NCBI GenBank assembly: GCA_051362555.1
Contig: CM120640.1
Span: 16,616,001 to 16,680,000, forward strand
Origin: Lingula anatina
Taxonomy: Eukaryota > Animalia > Brachiopoda
Direction: 5' to 3'
DNA length: 64,000 nt
Both the position numbers and the translations under genes were made by a program. Of the stretch, positions 1-12,868 are shown one piece after another. A model generated the notes under the pieces. That model had not been told where the DNA came from, did not search any database, and saw only the letters and a program-made list of their open reading frames with translations. The number at the start of each line of letters is the position of its first letter. Within the stretch, counting starts at the first letter, position 1.

Positions 1-1062
1 CCAATTATTAATATCACCAGTGGCAGTTTGCACTGGAAGTCCCCCATGATACCCCATTAGGTGTTTATAGTCTGCCAGTAAGAATGATTAGATTGTCATA
101 TACGAATCTGCAAGCATCAACATTCTTGCCGCTATCAAAAGACCTCTCAGAAACTCAATATGTGGTCCTCCGCCCACACAGAAAGCGAAACTCAGGATTA
201 ACAAGTGAGTCAACTCAACCTTGATTTCCAGGTATATACTCAAAGGAACTTAAAACAAGGTGGTCATGATTTTTAAATGCCCATAAGAATATCCTGCAGG
301 AATTGGTTTATCTTCTGACAACTGATGAATATGCATAGGGTATCCTTCTGCTACTTTTTCATTCTGTGGAAAATCTTATCTGTGTTGGGGATGTGTTGAG
401 CAACAAAGAAAAATAAGGTTCAAGGTTATTTATTTGTAGACAGCTTAATATTTCGTTGTTATCTCAACTTATTTGATAAGTTCCCTTTCTAGTTTACACT
501 TGGTATGGAAATGTATAATTTTCTTTTAAAAAAATTCAGGCTATATTTTTTGTGAAAAGAACACTGGATCTTGAGTCTTTGTCAGGCTTAAAACTGGTGT
601 CATGCTTTAAAGTACTTTGATTTTAGGAAAGAACACAACCATTATGTCAATGGCCAATTAAGCTATAAAATCGTTTTTGCAGTATCTGCATCTAAGTTTA
701 CCGGAAATTCTTACCTGAGGTAAACAACCTACCGGTAGTTTATCCTTTATGATTAAGCAGATATTTAATGTCACTTAAACTTGTCAAAAAAAAAAAAATC
801 CTGGTAGAATTTGAAATAAATATGATATAATGGCTTCATTGCATTGAATATATAGCCATATTATTGTTACATGTAGGAACCATTTTCATTAAACATGCCA
901 CTGACTGGCCAACAACATACCTCAACAAAGACATTTCTAAAAAAAATAGCTTCCCCATTTGGCCTTGTTGTAAATACCCTATTGTGTCATGTTGCACTGA
1001 TGATAAAGTAATTAGCTTTCCCTTCACAGACAAGGAGGGGGGAGGGAAGGTAAATTGGTATG

Positions 1063-1065
<3 letters not shown>

Positions 1066-1101
<36 letters not shown>
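1066..1101. repeat. (GA)n microsatellite
   Basis: direct reading. Confidence 0.95.
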
Positions 1102-1106
<5 letters not shown>

Positions 1107-1314
1107 AAAGAAAAAAAACCAGATAGGAGTAAAAGAATACTGAAGTAAAATAAATTCTAAAAGAATCCACAAATTTTATTATGAAAGGATACATTATGTA
1201 TGTAGTAATGTAGCAGCAGTAGTAGTAGTAGTAGTAGTGCAGCATGGTAACTGTGGGAGGAATTAAATGGACCCCTGGGTATATAGGGCACATTGTCATC
1301 AAAGACAGTTATAC

Positions 1315-1467
1315 CTTGTCTAAATCTGCTTCAGCCTTCTGTAGTAAAGATAGGTAGTGCTCTCCAAAACTTGTCATCCTTTTTACATGACCTCTTTTGT
1401 AAGCTGCAAGATCCATTAATGGTTGGTAAACATTCTTGGTCAACCTACTGGCAAGATCAGTGTGCAT
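1315..1467 (-). CDS. F-BAR gene coding exon 4
   Basis: 153 nt, phase 0-0, HTDLASRL..VYQPL. Confidence 0.85.
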
Positions 1468-4400
1468 CTGGAAAGAACTGAATGTGTTAGTTGTGCAACC
1501 TCACAACCAGGCACATCCAAATGCAATCTATAATTTCTGTCACAGATATGGACAAATGCCACTGCAGTACTAGAAAACATTTCTGAAATATGAACCTACA
1601 ATCCAACTTGATATAATTCGTCTTATAATCAGATAAAGTGACTGTTCAGATAAAGTGACAATCAATGGGAAGCAAAACACAAATATGCAACCAACAGGTT
1701 ATCTTTAAATAAAAAGATAAAGCAGTACTTTCTTATGCTGTTTGCTCTAAATTACCAAGAAAACTGTTCTCTAAATTCCATATAAGCTGTGTCAGTGACA
1801 AGCAAATACTTTTTTTGCCAAACTAAATAAAAAGAATATTGAGTTTTTTCAAAATATGTCAAAATGGATGAACAATATGGCTGCATGCTGATGGTACTCA
1901 CATATGAATCTACCTCCACCTCTCGTATTAAGTCTTCCCATGTTGTTTGCATTATACTGGGCATCTCTACTGAGCTGGAAAGAGAAAAAATTCATATTAT
2001 TCACGATTAGAATAAAATGTCATTTCCCAATGTCAGTGATCTTATTGTTTTTTATTTCTCTTGTTATAATTACCACAAATTCAAAATAACAACACCAACA
2101 ACATTCGTGATAAACTAACCTGACTAGGAGAGAATATCTTGCATTGTTTCATTTTTATTCCTGTGATTTTTTGTGATTAAGGTTAATTCTTCTCACTATA
2201 GACTAGGTTATTGTAAATTGTATTGTCATAGTCATGCTTGATATGTATACATACCAGTATGTATACTCACATGTGTGTGTTTGTACGTGCCCGTGCGAGT
2301 GTCTGCATGCAAATGTGATTTTTTCAGTTCATGTGGTTAATACTTAACAACCCACTAACTATATAAAACATCTGTCAAAAATACACACAAAGTGCTAAAA
2401 CAAATCAGGTGGATTAAAAATCTGCTAGGATTTCAATCTTGCCTGTGCCACATACGTCATTTAAGAACTTTTTAAACCTGTTAATTGAAATGGAACAGGA
2501 GCTCTTATGTTCACAAAGTAACCTTTCTGGCAACAGGCAAGATGGACTTGATCAATGCTAACCCACAATCACTGATAGCTGTATATACACTATTAATTCA
2601 ATTTGAACATGTATTGTGTTCTCTGACAGCCCCCAGTGCCAACACCTTGGACCACCAACCATGTACAGCAGAAAAAGAAGTAACAAAGTAGAAAACAACC
2701 ACCACGGCAATCAGTCAGATGGGGTTATATAAATAAGACTTAAATATCATTTTATTGCCTAAATAAAAAGCCTAATGGGCGTTTGATCTGCTGGTATGTG
2801 TCAGAATCAGAAAATATTTCTCCGGGGCATATTTCATATGTGGTAGAGAAGCTTAGAATCAAAACAGTTGAATATTTAGAATATAACCAGAGGATGTAGT
2901 TTTGATGTCTTACCTGAAGAGAGATGTGTACAGTATGTAATATAGGATCAGGGGCGAATCCAGAGATATTTTCTGACAGTCTTCCAAATTATCTTTGTTG
3001 ATCCAACCTCCATTTTTGACCGTCTTCCGACAGAAAAAAATAGATACCTGTCAATGTAAACTTGAAAATCTGACCGTCCTCCGGAAGACCCAGAAGACGG
3101 CCTAAATCCGCCCCTGAGGATATTATAAACCAAGGAGATCCATTCAGAAACAAACCGTGATCTAGGTTCTATGCCATTTTGCAAGTTGGGGGAACTAAGA
3201 GGGTAAAAAGGTCCACCTGCTCAAAATAAATGACCCCCCCCCTCTTTCAAATTGCTGGCTATATATGCCTGTTTTTTGTAGGTGCTGTAAACAATAGAAA
3301 AAAATAATAGACCTTTCCAGAATTTTCCTTTTTTTCTCTTAGTCACATCACACACCACCTTTGTTGAGAAGAAGAATTAAGGGAATTGATGCACATTGCT
3401 CTTTAAGTGCAGCTGTGATTTATCAGGCTAAGAGGAATTAAATATAAAATAATTTGATCTTATTTTCGATGATAATTTTCCAGCTACTATGAAAAACAAT
3501 TTCTTCACACTAATAGGTCATAAAATTGTTCTACAAATTCATCACACACCTTTGTTTTATCAGATGAAGAGAAAGTCACGATACTTATCATAGCCACTTC
3601 TTTTATATTTTTCTTAATATCAGTTATTGTTTTTACAAAATTTACATAAAATGAAATAAAATAAAATGCCAGTCAACTTGCTGATATATTTTTTCATTTG
3701 AAAAATAAACCTAACAATGCATCATTTTTTTACACAGGTCAAAGATCAAATTATATGGCAAATTGCAAATTTTTTTTCATTCTTGGATCACAATTGCAAA
3801 GCTAATAGATTTAAAATTACATATCAGAAGAAGGCATTTTCTAATCCATTTTCTGGAATAACTAAACTCAAACACACTAAAGAAACCCCAGTTCCAGTAA
3901 CAACATCTTGGGACTAACTTGATCCATTATTCATTTGTTGCACAAGAAAATCCTTTTCATAATTGAAGAAAGTCACCAATTATCTTATCTTATTCAATAA
4001 TGCCTCATCTACAGGCACTGAGGCTTGATCTGTACAATTGCTGGGTCACACATACATTATGGTAGCACAGTATTTCAAAGCAAAGTTGCTGTCAACTAAA
4101 ATGTGTGCATTGCAGTCAAACATGGTTGTCTTTAATGGCACAAAGGTGACTAACTTTGTCACCATTTCTCCATTACTCATGTGATTGATCAATCAGGGTT
4201 AACTAAATGTACCCCCCAAAAAAATCCTTACCTATAATGATAATTCCCTTTTGTTGCAGTGGGAGAGCCAAATCAAGTTCTGCAGATGTAAGTCTTCCAT
4301 ACAATTGAAGAATCACATCTTACAACAAGTATAAAAATCTCTTTCAAGATTATCTGAATCTTAATATATTCCCTTATGATGACAAAATGCCATGAATGAA

Positions 4401-4975
4401 AACCAGAACACAGGTTCACAAAAGTTTGCAAATGTTCAGACCAAAATCTGCATCAAGGCTAAATTGGTTGCAAACACTATTGTTTTAAATATAAAGTAGC
4501 AATCCTGTAAAAACCTCTTGGTGCTTTATTTTTAAAAAATCCATTAAGGCCTTATTCCAAACGTCACTTCCATTTAGCCTAACATGTAACACCATGAAAA
4601 AACAGTCTAAAAGTTTAAAGACTTATTTCATTGGTGCATGGTGCCAGCTGATGACAATGATGAGAATGTATGTAAAAGATGAAGGTACACATTTACACCT
4701 GTGCCAATATGGAGAGAAAATCATGGAAAAAAAATCATCAGACAGTATTGATGCACAAAGGGAAAAAACTGAGACAGACCAGATTTGGCCAATTAGCTTA
4801 GCCAAGCTAATTCAATCTGCAATGCATTTGTACAGAGAGCACTTAATTCAATTCTACTGGAGTGAAGAGAGGAACAGATATAGATTAAGATAATTTGAAA
4901 CAAAATAGATGTATATGTGACCTAATATTAAATTTTGGGAAAACATATGCTGGATATTTTATCATTTTTAAAAAA

Positions 4976-5028
<53 letters not shown>

Positions 5029-7766
5029 CCATTAAGCAACCACACTGCAGAAGAATCACTGCCTTCAATCAGGCAAATTCTGTTTTACGAACTACCTTGT
5101 GTTCCTGCACCAAGGAACACACACATACAAAAAAGAAAAAAATGCCCGCCCTTTCTAGTTTGGATGGTTATGAAAATAATGATGATGATAATGGGGGAAA
5201 AGAATATAATTAGCCATAGAGATGAATCAAATAAGTTTCATAGGGACAGGGCTTCCTTAAACCGCCTACTCTTGGATTTCTGAAAAGATGTCAATAAATA
5301 GGCAGAAATCAAATTCAGATATGAACGCAAGGTGGTAGATATAAGACAATTAAAAGAGGAGTGTAATAATCTACTCCTAAATAATAAATCTTTGTGAGTG
5401 AAAGAAAAACTTGCACTGCCACAAAACGTGTTAATGTACAGGTTAGGAGCAATAAACAGATCCAATAAACCTCAAAAGCAGCTAATAGGTTCTACAGAAA
5501 CAGAGCACCAATTTGTTTATCAAACCATTTGGCAACTGTTCGAGACAAGACCAAAGCATCAAAAGCATCAAGAGGGCTTTAACATCTAGACAAGGTCAAA
5601 TTATTAACCTTTTATTCCTTTTGGGTTAGATGTTGCAACTCTTGGTGCACATGCAAGGTTTTGCAGGATTAATTGACTGAAGTGCACCTCAAGTATGCTG
5701 AAACAGAAACTAGAGATGGTACATGTATACTCGCTCAACTTCAAACATTTTGTTCCATTCACCAACAGTTCTTGAATAACCACCCGCAGGTAATCAAATT
5801 ATATTCCAGTATAGATATTAGCCAACTGCTCATTGGAAATAAATTAGGAGCCACTCTGAGTTCTCAGTGTGTGGGTTATCATACTGATCTCCAGTATCTG
5901 TTGTGATGGCATCTAACAGGAGTATTACTCAGAAAGTTTCCGTTCTGCACTTGAACCCTTTTTAATCATAATAGTCGCGAGTCCTGGTGAACTATTTCTG
6001 TCTAAGAAGACATTTACCTTTTGTGGGCTGCCTGTCCTGTTATATTATGTCTAATAACTATTTTGGCATCAGTAAATATAGTTCAAGTATGCTTACAGGC
6101 GTCTGTATAATAAGAATAGTGTGTATATATAAGCAATAAACCTGCCTTTTTATTTCAATTTTTATGTTTTAGGTACAATTAATGAATGTTACTGAAGCAA
6201 AAGGGATAACACCGAAAAGATAACATTCAGTTTGTTCAGAAACTACAGTATGAAAATAAAATAAATCAAATTGTCTTGAGAACTTAAGTCTTGAAATGAG
6301 GTTGCAAACTCTGGTTTGAGCACCTAACTCCTGCTCAAATGCTTCCCACCTTCTTCTACCCCAAAATAATATCTCCTCACTCACTTTTGTTACTGCCTTC
6401 AACACCTGTTAACTTCATGCTAGGCACAAAATATCACTTCTATTTGTTTTCAATCTACTGGATGCTTATATACAATAAACATAACAAATAGGCAGGTGGA
6501 TAAGAAAGTCATGCCTGATATATATCAAATGGATATTTATCTATATTGCCCATATATTAATAGGTTTCCTTTCAATACAAGTTCCCTTAGCAAAATGAAA
6601 AGTTTGCAGCAATACTGCAGCAAAATAGCAACAACTACTTTTCAGGAGTTTGCAAGAAAAATTTGTATTACAGCTTATTTGCAACAAATTCGCAATAACA
6701 ACTTAAGTTTGCAGCAGGTTTGCAAGGAAAGTCTTTATGTTCTGGCAAATTAGCAACAAATTAGCAGCAAATTTGCAAGGACATATTAAGTTTGCAGTAA
6801 GTTTGCAAGAAAGTATTCATGTTCTTGCAAATTTGCTACAAATTTGCTGCAAATTCGCAGCAAATTAGCAGCATCCTGGCAGTGAATTTGCAGGAATTTC
6901 TTGCAAATTTGCAGCAAATTTGTAGCAAATTTGCAGTGAATTTGTGAGAGAGTTTGTGGCAGGCCTGATATTTTGCTAAGGGAGGAACACTAGAAGTGTG
7001 TCTGATCTTTTTCTCAACATCTTCTACAGGAAAGGCAAAATATCTTCTTTTCTATTGAGACACATGTAGATGTAGTGATAGTAAGGCTAAACTTCTGTTT
7101 TTATTTTCTTAACTGACCTAGACTTTGATCAATAATTGCATCTACACCACCATGATGCAAATACAAATATAAGCAAATTTAAGTAAAAGGTGATGCAGTG
7201 GTTTTATAATTTCTAACATTCTTTGGCATGATCTGATAACAAATATCACAAAAGTATTTCCATGAAAATATCTGCAGTATGTAATGCACTCTACCTTTTT
7301 TGCATTCAAAATGATGACATAAAACCTGATACACATTTTTCTCCACAACTGGTTTACAGCAATGAAATCAATGCATACAGAAAGAGATATGCCTATGAGA
7401 TATTGTTATCTCTGCATATCAGTGCTCTTTCTTTTTCACAAAATTACTATCATTCACATGGGACTGAGAATGCCATTTTTCTTGGCAAGCTAGCAAATCT
7501 ATCATCTCTATTAAAGCGGCTTTTCATGCACTGCATGGGCCGAGTCTTGTTAGTGAAAATAATCAAGATATCATCTGAGACTTTCAGTCTACAAGCAGAA
7601 CTGAAAGACCTCTACAGGTTAATTATATTTTTATTCCTCCTTTTTCTTTTTTTTCTTTTTTCTTTTTTTTTTTTCTTTTTTTTTTGGCTAGAATCTGTTA
7701 AGCAATACTTATTGATTCACCTACATAATATATACCCCAGTTTCACTTCAGCTGGCATGCCACCAG

Positions 7767-7811
<45 letters not shown>

Positions 7812-10800
7812 CCAGGATTCCTAGAAACTCCACGATTCCTAGAGAGTTTCCTCAAAACATTCTTGAATTGCTTACAATGATGCCACTAATTGTTGAGAGT
7901 AGTTTGCCAATTTAACAGTAAGACCAGATTGTTATCTGATCTCCTCCTGTAAATGGGCTAAAATACCTGTTTAGTCTGTTTTCATTGCCTACCTACCGAT
8001 GCCTGATGCCAAGCAAACTTCTTAAGCTTTCAGTGATTAAAAAGGAGGCATCCTTGATTCCTTAATTGCTACTAACTGTATATCATTTGTTTTCAGGGAT
8101 AAAAGACACTTTTATTCCTTAGAACACAAAATTGGTCAAATGAAATAATTTGCAGTAAAAGGAAAAAAGTATTTTAACAATATGATATCATTCAATCAGC
8201 TATATAATGACCAAAAAACCAAGCAATCCAACAATTTCTTCCAAAATGCTATCCAGTACACAGGAAGACTGCAAGCCACCTTGAGGTCACCAGAGAGATT
8301 ATTGGAACCCAGGAGCAATCTGTAAAGATTAGGGTTTCCACTGTGTGTAGATGGGTATGCTATTATAGACAAAATGCCAAGAGTATTGAGGGCATTGAGA
8401 TAAACTTTGGAGAGGACTCAAGTATGTCCATGTTATCAAGAATGTGTTCAATAGTACTCACATAGGTCAGGTATTTATAAAAACATGGGAGAGCATCTTT
8501 TGCAGTTGGATCATAATATTATTGGTATTTTATATAGAGAATGTGATTCACCAAAACCTATTTGGACTCATTGTATTATTCAAAATACGATCTTATATGT
8601 ATCCTGATATATTTCCCACAAAAATATTTTTTAGTAAAATATAGCCAACCACATATTTCTCTCCAAATTATGCTACCTGCCAATCTAAAGGGATTTGTTT
8701 TGTTTTTCTTACCCATAGTACACTACACTGCACTGCAATGAACTAAATATCTCTGGAAATGTACATCAAACAATTTCCATGAAATGAGAATACAATTTTT
8801 TTGTTAAGTAAATGATACTACAAAAGCAGACCTCAGGGAACAATTCACAAACACTAACTACGCTTTGTCATGAAGTTATTGATAACAATTATTGAATTTT
8901 CCATAGGGACTATTTCACATACAAGTGCTGAATGCTATTTCCAAGGCAAACACTCTGTACAATGATATGTTTAAATAGATATATCTGCAGAGTTCTCAAC
9001 AAAATTAGACCATTTTTTTTCCAGGTCACTGAAGCCTGGATGATTGCTGGTGTGTTTAACTGGTGTAGTTTGACTCAGAATGCATAGCATCAAAAAGGAC
9101 TATTAAGTGGTTATATATGTATCCTTAACACACTCTTTCTGGGGTCAGGACATCAAGAACTTCTAAGTGTTTTATTTATTTTTTGTACCCATTCGTACTG
9201 AAGGGAGCAAGTTTACCTATCGTTTTTTCAATTATTAACGCTGGTGCCTAGACAGTAATGTGTATTTACAATCCTCAGACTGCAACAAGTTAAGGACACC
9301 TGTACCTACTTCTTGATTTTATGTCTTTCAAACCCAGCTATAAACCATATTACCTGGGAAAATTTGTAAGAGGTACATCAAGAAGATATACATCATACAC
9401 TTTGTATACCTATTTATATGTTTTCCTAAAGGTGTATGGGCAATTTCAAAAATTAAATGCAAGCTAGAGCATGCTAATGGTCATTGTTGATCAAGTGATA
9501 ATTGCAAAACATCAATTATACAACAATAATATTAATTGCAAAAGGAAAACTCTTTTACTGACAAAAATTAGACAACCCTTGATGAACCTGGGTCTTTGAA
9601 GATGGTGCACCTAAATTAGGATTGAGCAAATTGTTTCTGCTCAAAGGCAGTCCATACAGACTTTAGATCTGCATTTCCCAGAATTACTGCCCAGTGTTAC
9701 CCAGCAGACTGAAATCCAATATATTTAGACTTTGCAATGTCTTAAGAGACACCAGGAGATTTTTTTGGCACATAATACTCCATGAAAAAAGGTTTTTATC
9801 ACCCTTTTTATATAGTATACTGTTCCCTTGATACTTAATGCCAGATTCACCTTTTCTATTCCTTTCTCTAAAAAATGTGCAAAATGCATCAAAGCACTTT
9901 TCTGAGATCATTTTTTTTATTCTGTTCAATGCAGACATAGTTCATTGCTGTTTCTGTTGTCATTCTCAGTTCCTTCTCAATTTTGTTTCTCTATCTTATG
10001 CAACCTATTAAAATTAATTTAAACTCTTACAGAACAATTATGCCATAGCACACTCCTCAATAACTACATGTAACTTTGATACATTTTGAAAACAAAAACT
10101 TAAGCAATGTGACAAGCTTTCCATTTTTCTTACCTTTCTCTTAACTCATGTGACCTTTTTTTGAACATTTCCACTGAAGCCTGCATTTGGCTGGCAAATT
10201 GGGTATGGACGGCAGCAATCTTTTGACTAAACTCAGCCACTGGAAAGAATTTACAAAAAGTTAATAAAAGTACTGTTTTAAAATGACAAATAAACTGTGA
10301 AAGAATGTATATCAATTCTGAATACTGTCACCTCCCAACTTTCAAATACAGCACTGGTGGTATCAGTTCACTCAGGGTCTCTATATATTACTGTTAATTT
10401 TTTTATACTAAATAACTAAAAAAAAAAAAACTAAAAATATTAATGACTGCAGGTATGCAATGAGAGCAACAAGAAATTATTTTACTGTTTTTTTAGCTCC
10501 AAAAATTTCCATATAATGTTATACAAAACATACTGCTAAAATAATCTCAGTGTTAAAGTCTATCAAATATGCAGTTTAGCTGTAATGTTTCGGACAGCAT
10601 TGGTGACATCATGGACAGACACAATAAACAAAATATATTCTATAAAGACACATTCAGTGTCTTCATCTAAATAATCCAGAGAAGAGAAATTTATTTCAAA
10701 ACAGTAGCAAAAGCTGCTCTCAGAAAGGGGCATGCACATCAAAGCAAAAACCTTCAACACATCTGTGAAATGAGTGGAGAAATTTATTCCATCCTTTTGT

Positions 10801-12868
10801 GATATTTAGTACAAATGTAGCTGGCAGAAAGAGAGCATACTGTGTTCTGTTATCTCAGACAAGTCTGCTTCTGTCTTTAATTAATAAGTCTGCAGGTGAT
10901 GGTGCAATCTGGGTACACACCAAGGATTTGTGTTTTTTTTCTCTGTTTTGACTGACAAAATGTTATTTGCCAATAGCTAAAAATCATTTTGGTTAAAGAA
11001 AATGGGAATATGTCTGATATGTTTTTAGCTATTCAAACTGGGGTTGGCTGGAAAATGTTTGCCTTGTGACCCGAGGCATTATTCTAATTGGTTAAGATAG
11101 CAAACAGCCTGGAACAGAAAAACGGACACTGAAGTTAAGACAACATTTTTCAAGAAATAAACTTTATGGGTGGATGTTAAGTTTTAAATGGTTAACTGGA
11201 AACATACCTCCAACTTTTACAACCAGCAGAAGAGGTTTTGCCATTGTTCAAACAGCTTACGTATCAATTTTCTGAACTGTACCAATATGATGAATGTTTC
11301 CAATGAGGTTTTGGTGGCCAACAGCTAGAGAAAACATTCAAGTAAATGGTCCAGGAATGCCAAATTTAGTTATATCTCTATAGTTTACAGCAGCGTAAGT
11401 TGCACGTGTAGCAGTGACATTGTCTTCATTTGGCATATAACTAGAAATATGATATACAAGGTAAAAGGAAGACGCAATCACCCCCCAGTAGGAACCCAAT
11501 GTTTGACCAGTTGACAGTTAATGGCTGACCATCAGGCACTATTTGCTTAACCCAAGCACCTGTAGAAAGTTCATAACCTGAAGCAGCAAGGTGCCCCAAC
11601 TCTTTAAGATCACTCACTTCTTTCATTATATAACAGAACCTGTGGCATACACTAACTCTGAAATGAATGGCACTCAGCCTATGCATACACTGGTGTTTTT
11701 CTGTTATTTTCACCTGGGTTTTACCTGCATTTTTCATGGATGTTTTCCCCACAGTAAAATGTGCCAGCATTTTTCTGAGAAAATAGTTTTTTGTAGTTTT
11801 TATGATGGTCTGAATGACAAGCAGTCTTTACTTTTGGGGCACGCATATTTCAAACTGTCGAAAAATGAATATACCAGTACACTTCAAATAATTCCAAATA
11901 TAATTAGAATGGACTGATGCATAGATTTGTGCTGAAGTGCAATGTGAAATATGCACTGAAAACAATAAACACCATTTTTTTAATTTTCATTCTTATATGT
12001 TATTTTACCATTGTCTGCCTCTTTATAAAAATAACATTGGTAATTGGGAAAAAAGGTGCCATATTAAAACTTCAAATGTCTGACAGATCAATAACTCTTG
12101 GGACTGAAAGCAATTGATTATATTTGGTTGCCAATAAATTTTGATGAAGAAGTAGCGTGGAAAATTTGCAGTGTAGCAAGTACTCTTCTTAATGAGCACT
12201 TGCATCATCTTCATCAAAGTCAATAAAAAGAGGCACTTGCAAGAGTCATGTCTAGCTCTGCCTTGCTATCTGATGGGTTGCGCAATTCTAGTGGTTAAAA
12301 AGTCTGACTAATCATAGCCATGGGCAAAAAATGGTAATGCTCAGGGTTCGTGATTATGCAATTCATGTACATGTGCACTGTTTGTCTAATAACTTGAAGA
12401 TAAGTGAATTTTGCAAAAGAATAAGAGACTCCCTTGAATTGCCTTCAAGCAAATTAAAAAAATTGCCTTAAAGAATACCATTTGCATTACCAGAAGCAAT
12501 GAAAAAAAAAGCAGTTTAAGACTAAAAGCTTTAATATCAATCATAATAATACATAGATACCAATATCAGAATTGAAACGTGAAAGAAATAAATCCAATTC
12601 TTTCAACATAAAACATAAGCATTCCTTGAGAGAAAGATGCACCTCCACTTTTTAGTGCCAAAATTTATAAAATAACTTACTTGCACCAACAGGTATAAGA
12701 TTGTCTTTTGCTCGTGTTTTCCAATGGTGCACAATAACATTCATATAGTCTCATGTACTTACTTGTTTTTGCCAGTTTTAGGGTAGCACCCATATGCTGG
12801 CGGATGGTGTCCTGCATGCCTGGCTGACGTAAATCCTGAAAACTTGCTTGCTTCTGATCTTCAGACAT
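1315..12868 (-). CDS. F-BAR (FCH) domain protein, probably Stac-like; 5' part only (4 exons), gene continues beyond window start
   Basis: Phase-consistent exons give MSEDQKQASFQDLRQPGMQDTIRQHMGATLKLAKTMAEFSQKIAAVHTQFASQMQASVEMFKKRSHELRESSVEMPSIMQTTWEDLIREVEVDSYMHTDLASRLTKNVYQPLMDLAAYKRGHVKRMTSFGEHYLSLLQKAEADLDK. The W..L..E.E....H..LA..L...V..PL pattern is typical of F-BAR; the Stac-like assignment is from recall. Confidence 0.8.
1902..1974 (-). CDS. F-BAR gene coding exon 3
   Basis: 73 nt, phase 2-0, strong acceptor, GTGAGT donor, TWEDLIREVE. Confidence 0.85.
2949..3116 (+). mobile_element. hAT-like MITE (CAGGGGCG termini, 5-bp TSD AGGAT)
   Basis: TIR caggggcgaat/atccgcccctg; related copy at 47233. 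Confidence 0.82.
4977..5026. repeat. (CA)n microsatellite
   Basis: direct reading. Confidence 0.95.
6583..6983. mobile_element. MITE-like element with 14-bp TIRs and internal 11-mer repeats
   Basis: tcccttagcaaaat...attttgctaaggga; interior packed with aa(a/g)tttgca(g/a)-type units in both orientations; no clear TSD. Confidence 0.7.
7768..7807. repeat. (CA)n microsatellite
   Basis: direct reading. Confidence 0.95.
10134..10239 (-). CDS. F-BAR gene coding exon 2
   Basis: 106 nt, phase 1-2, ttctttccag acceptor and AAG|GTAAGA donor. Confidence 0.85.
12763..12868 (-). CDS. F-BAR gene coding exon 1
   Basis: ATG with in-frame upstream TAG (13001-13003); CAA|GTAAGT donor, phase 1; likely acceptor puts exon start at 13025. 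Confidence 0.75.

Noticed and set aside
6583-6983. CRISPR-like repeat array
   Set aside because: Eukaryotic context, no unique spacers, no cas genes; explained as transposon internal repeats.
7262-7915. 217-aa plus-strand ORF
   Set aside because: Runs through a poly-T tract and a CA microsatellite, has no recognisable domain, and lies antisense in an intron.
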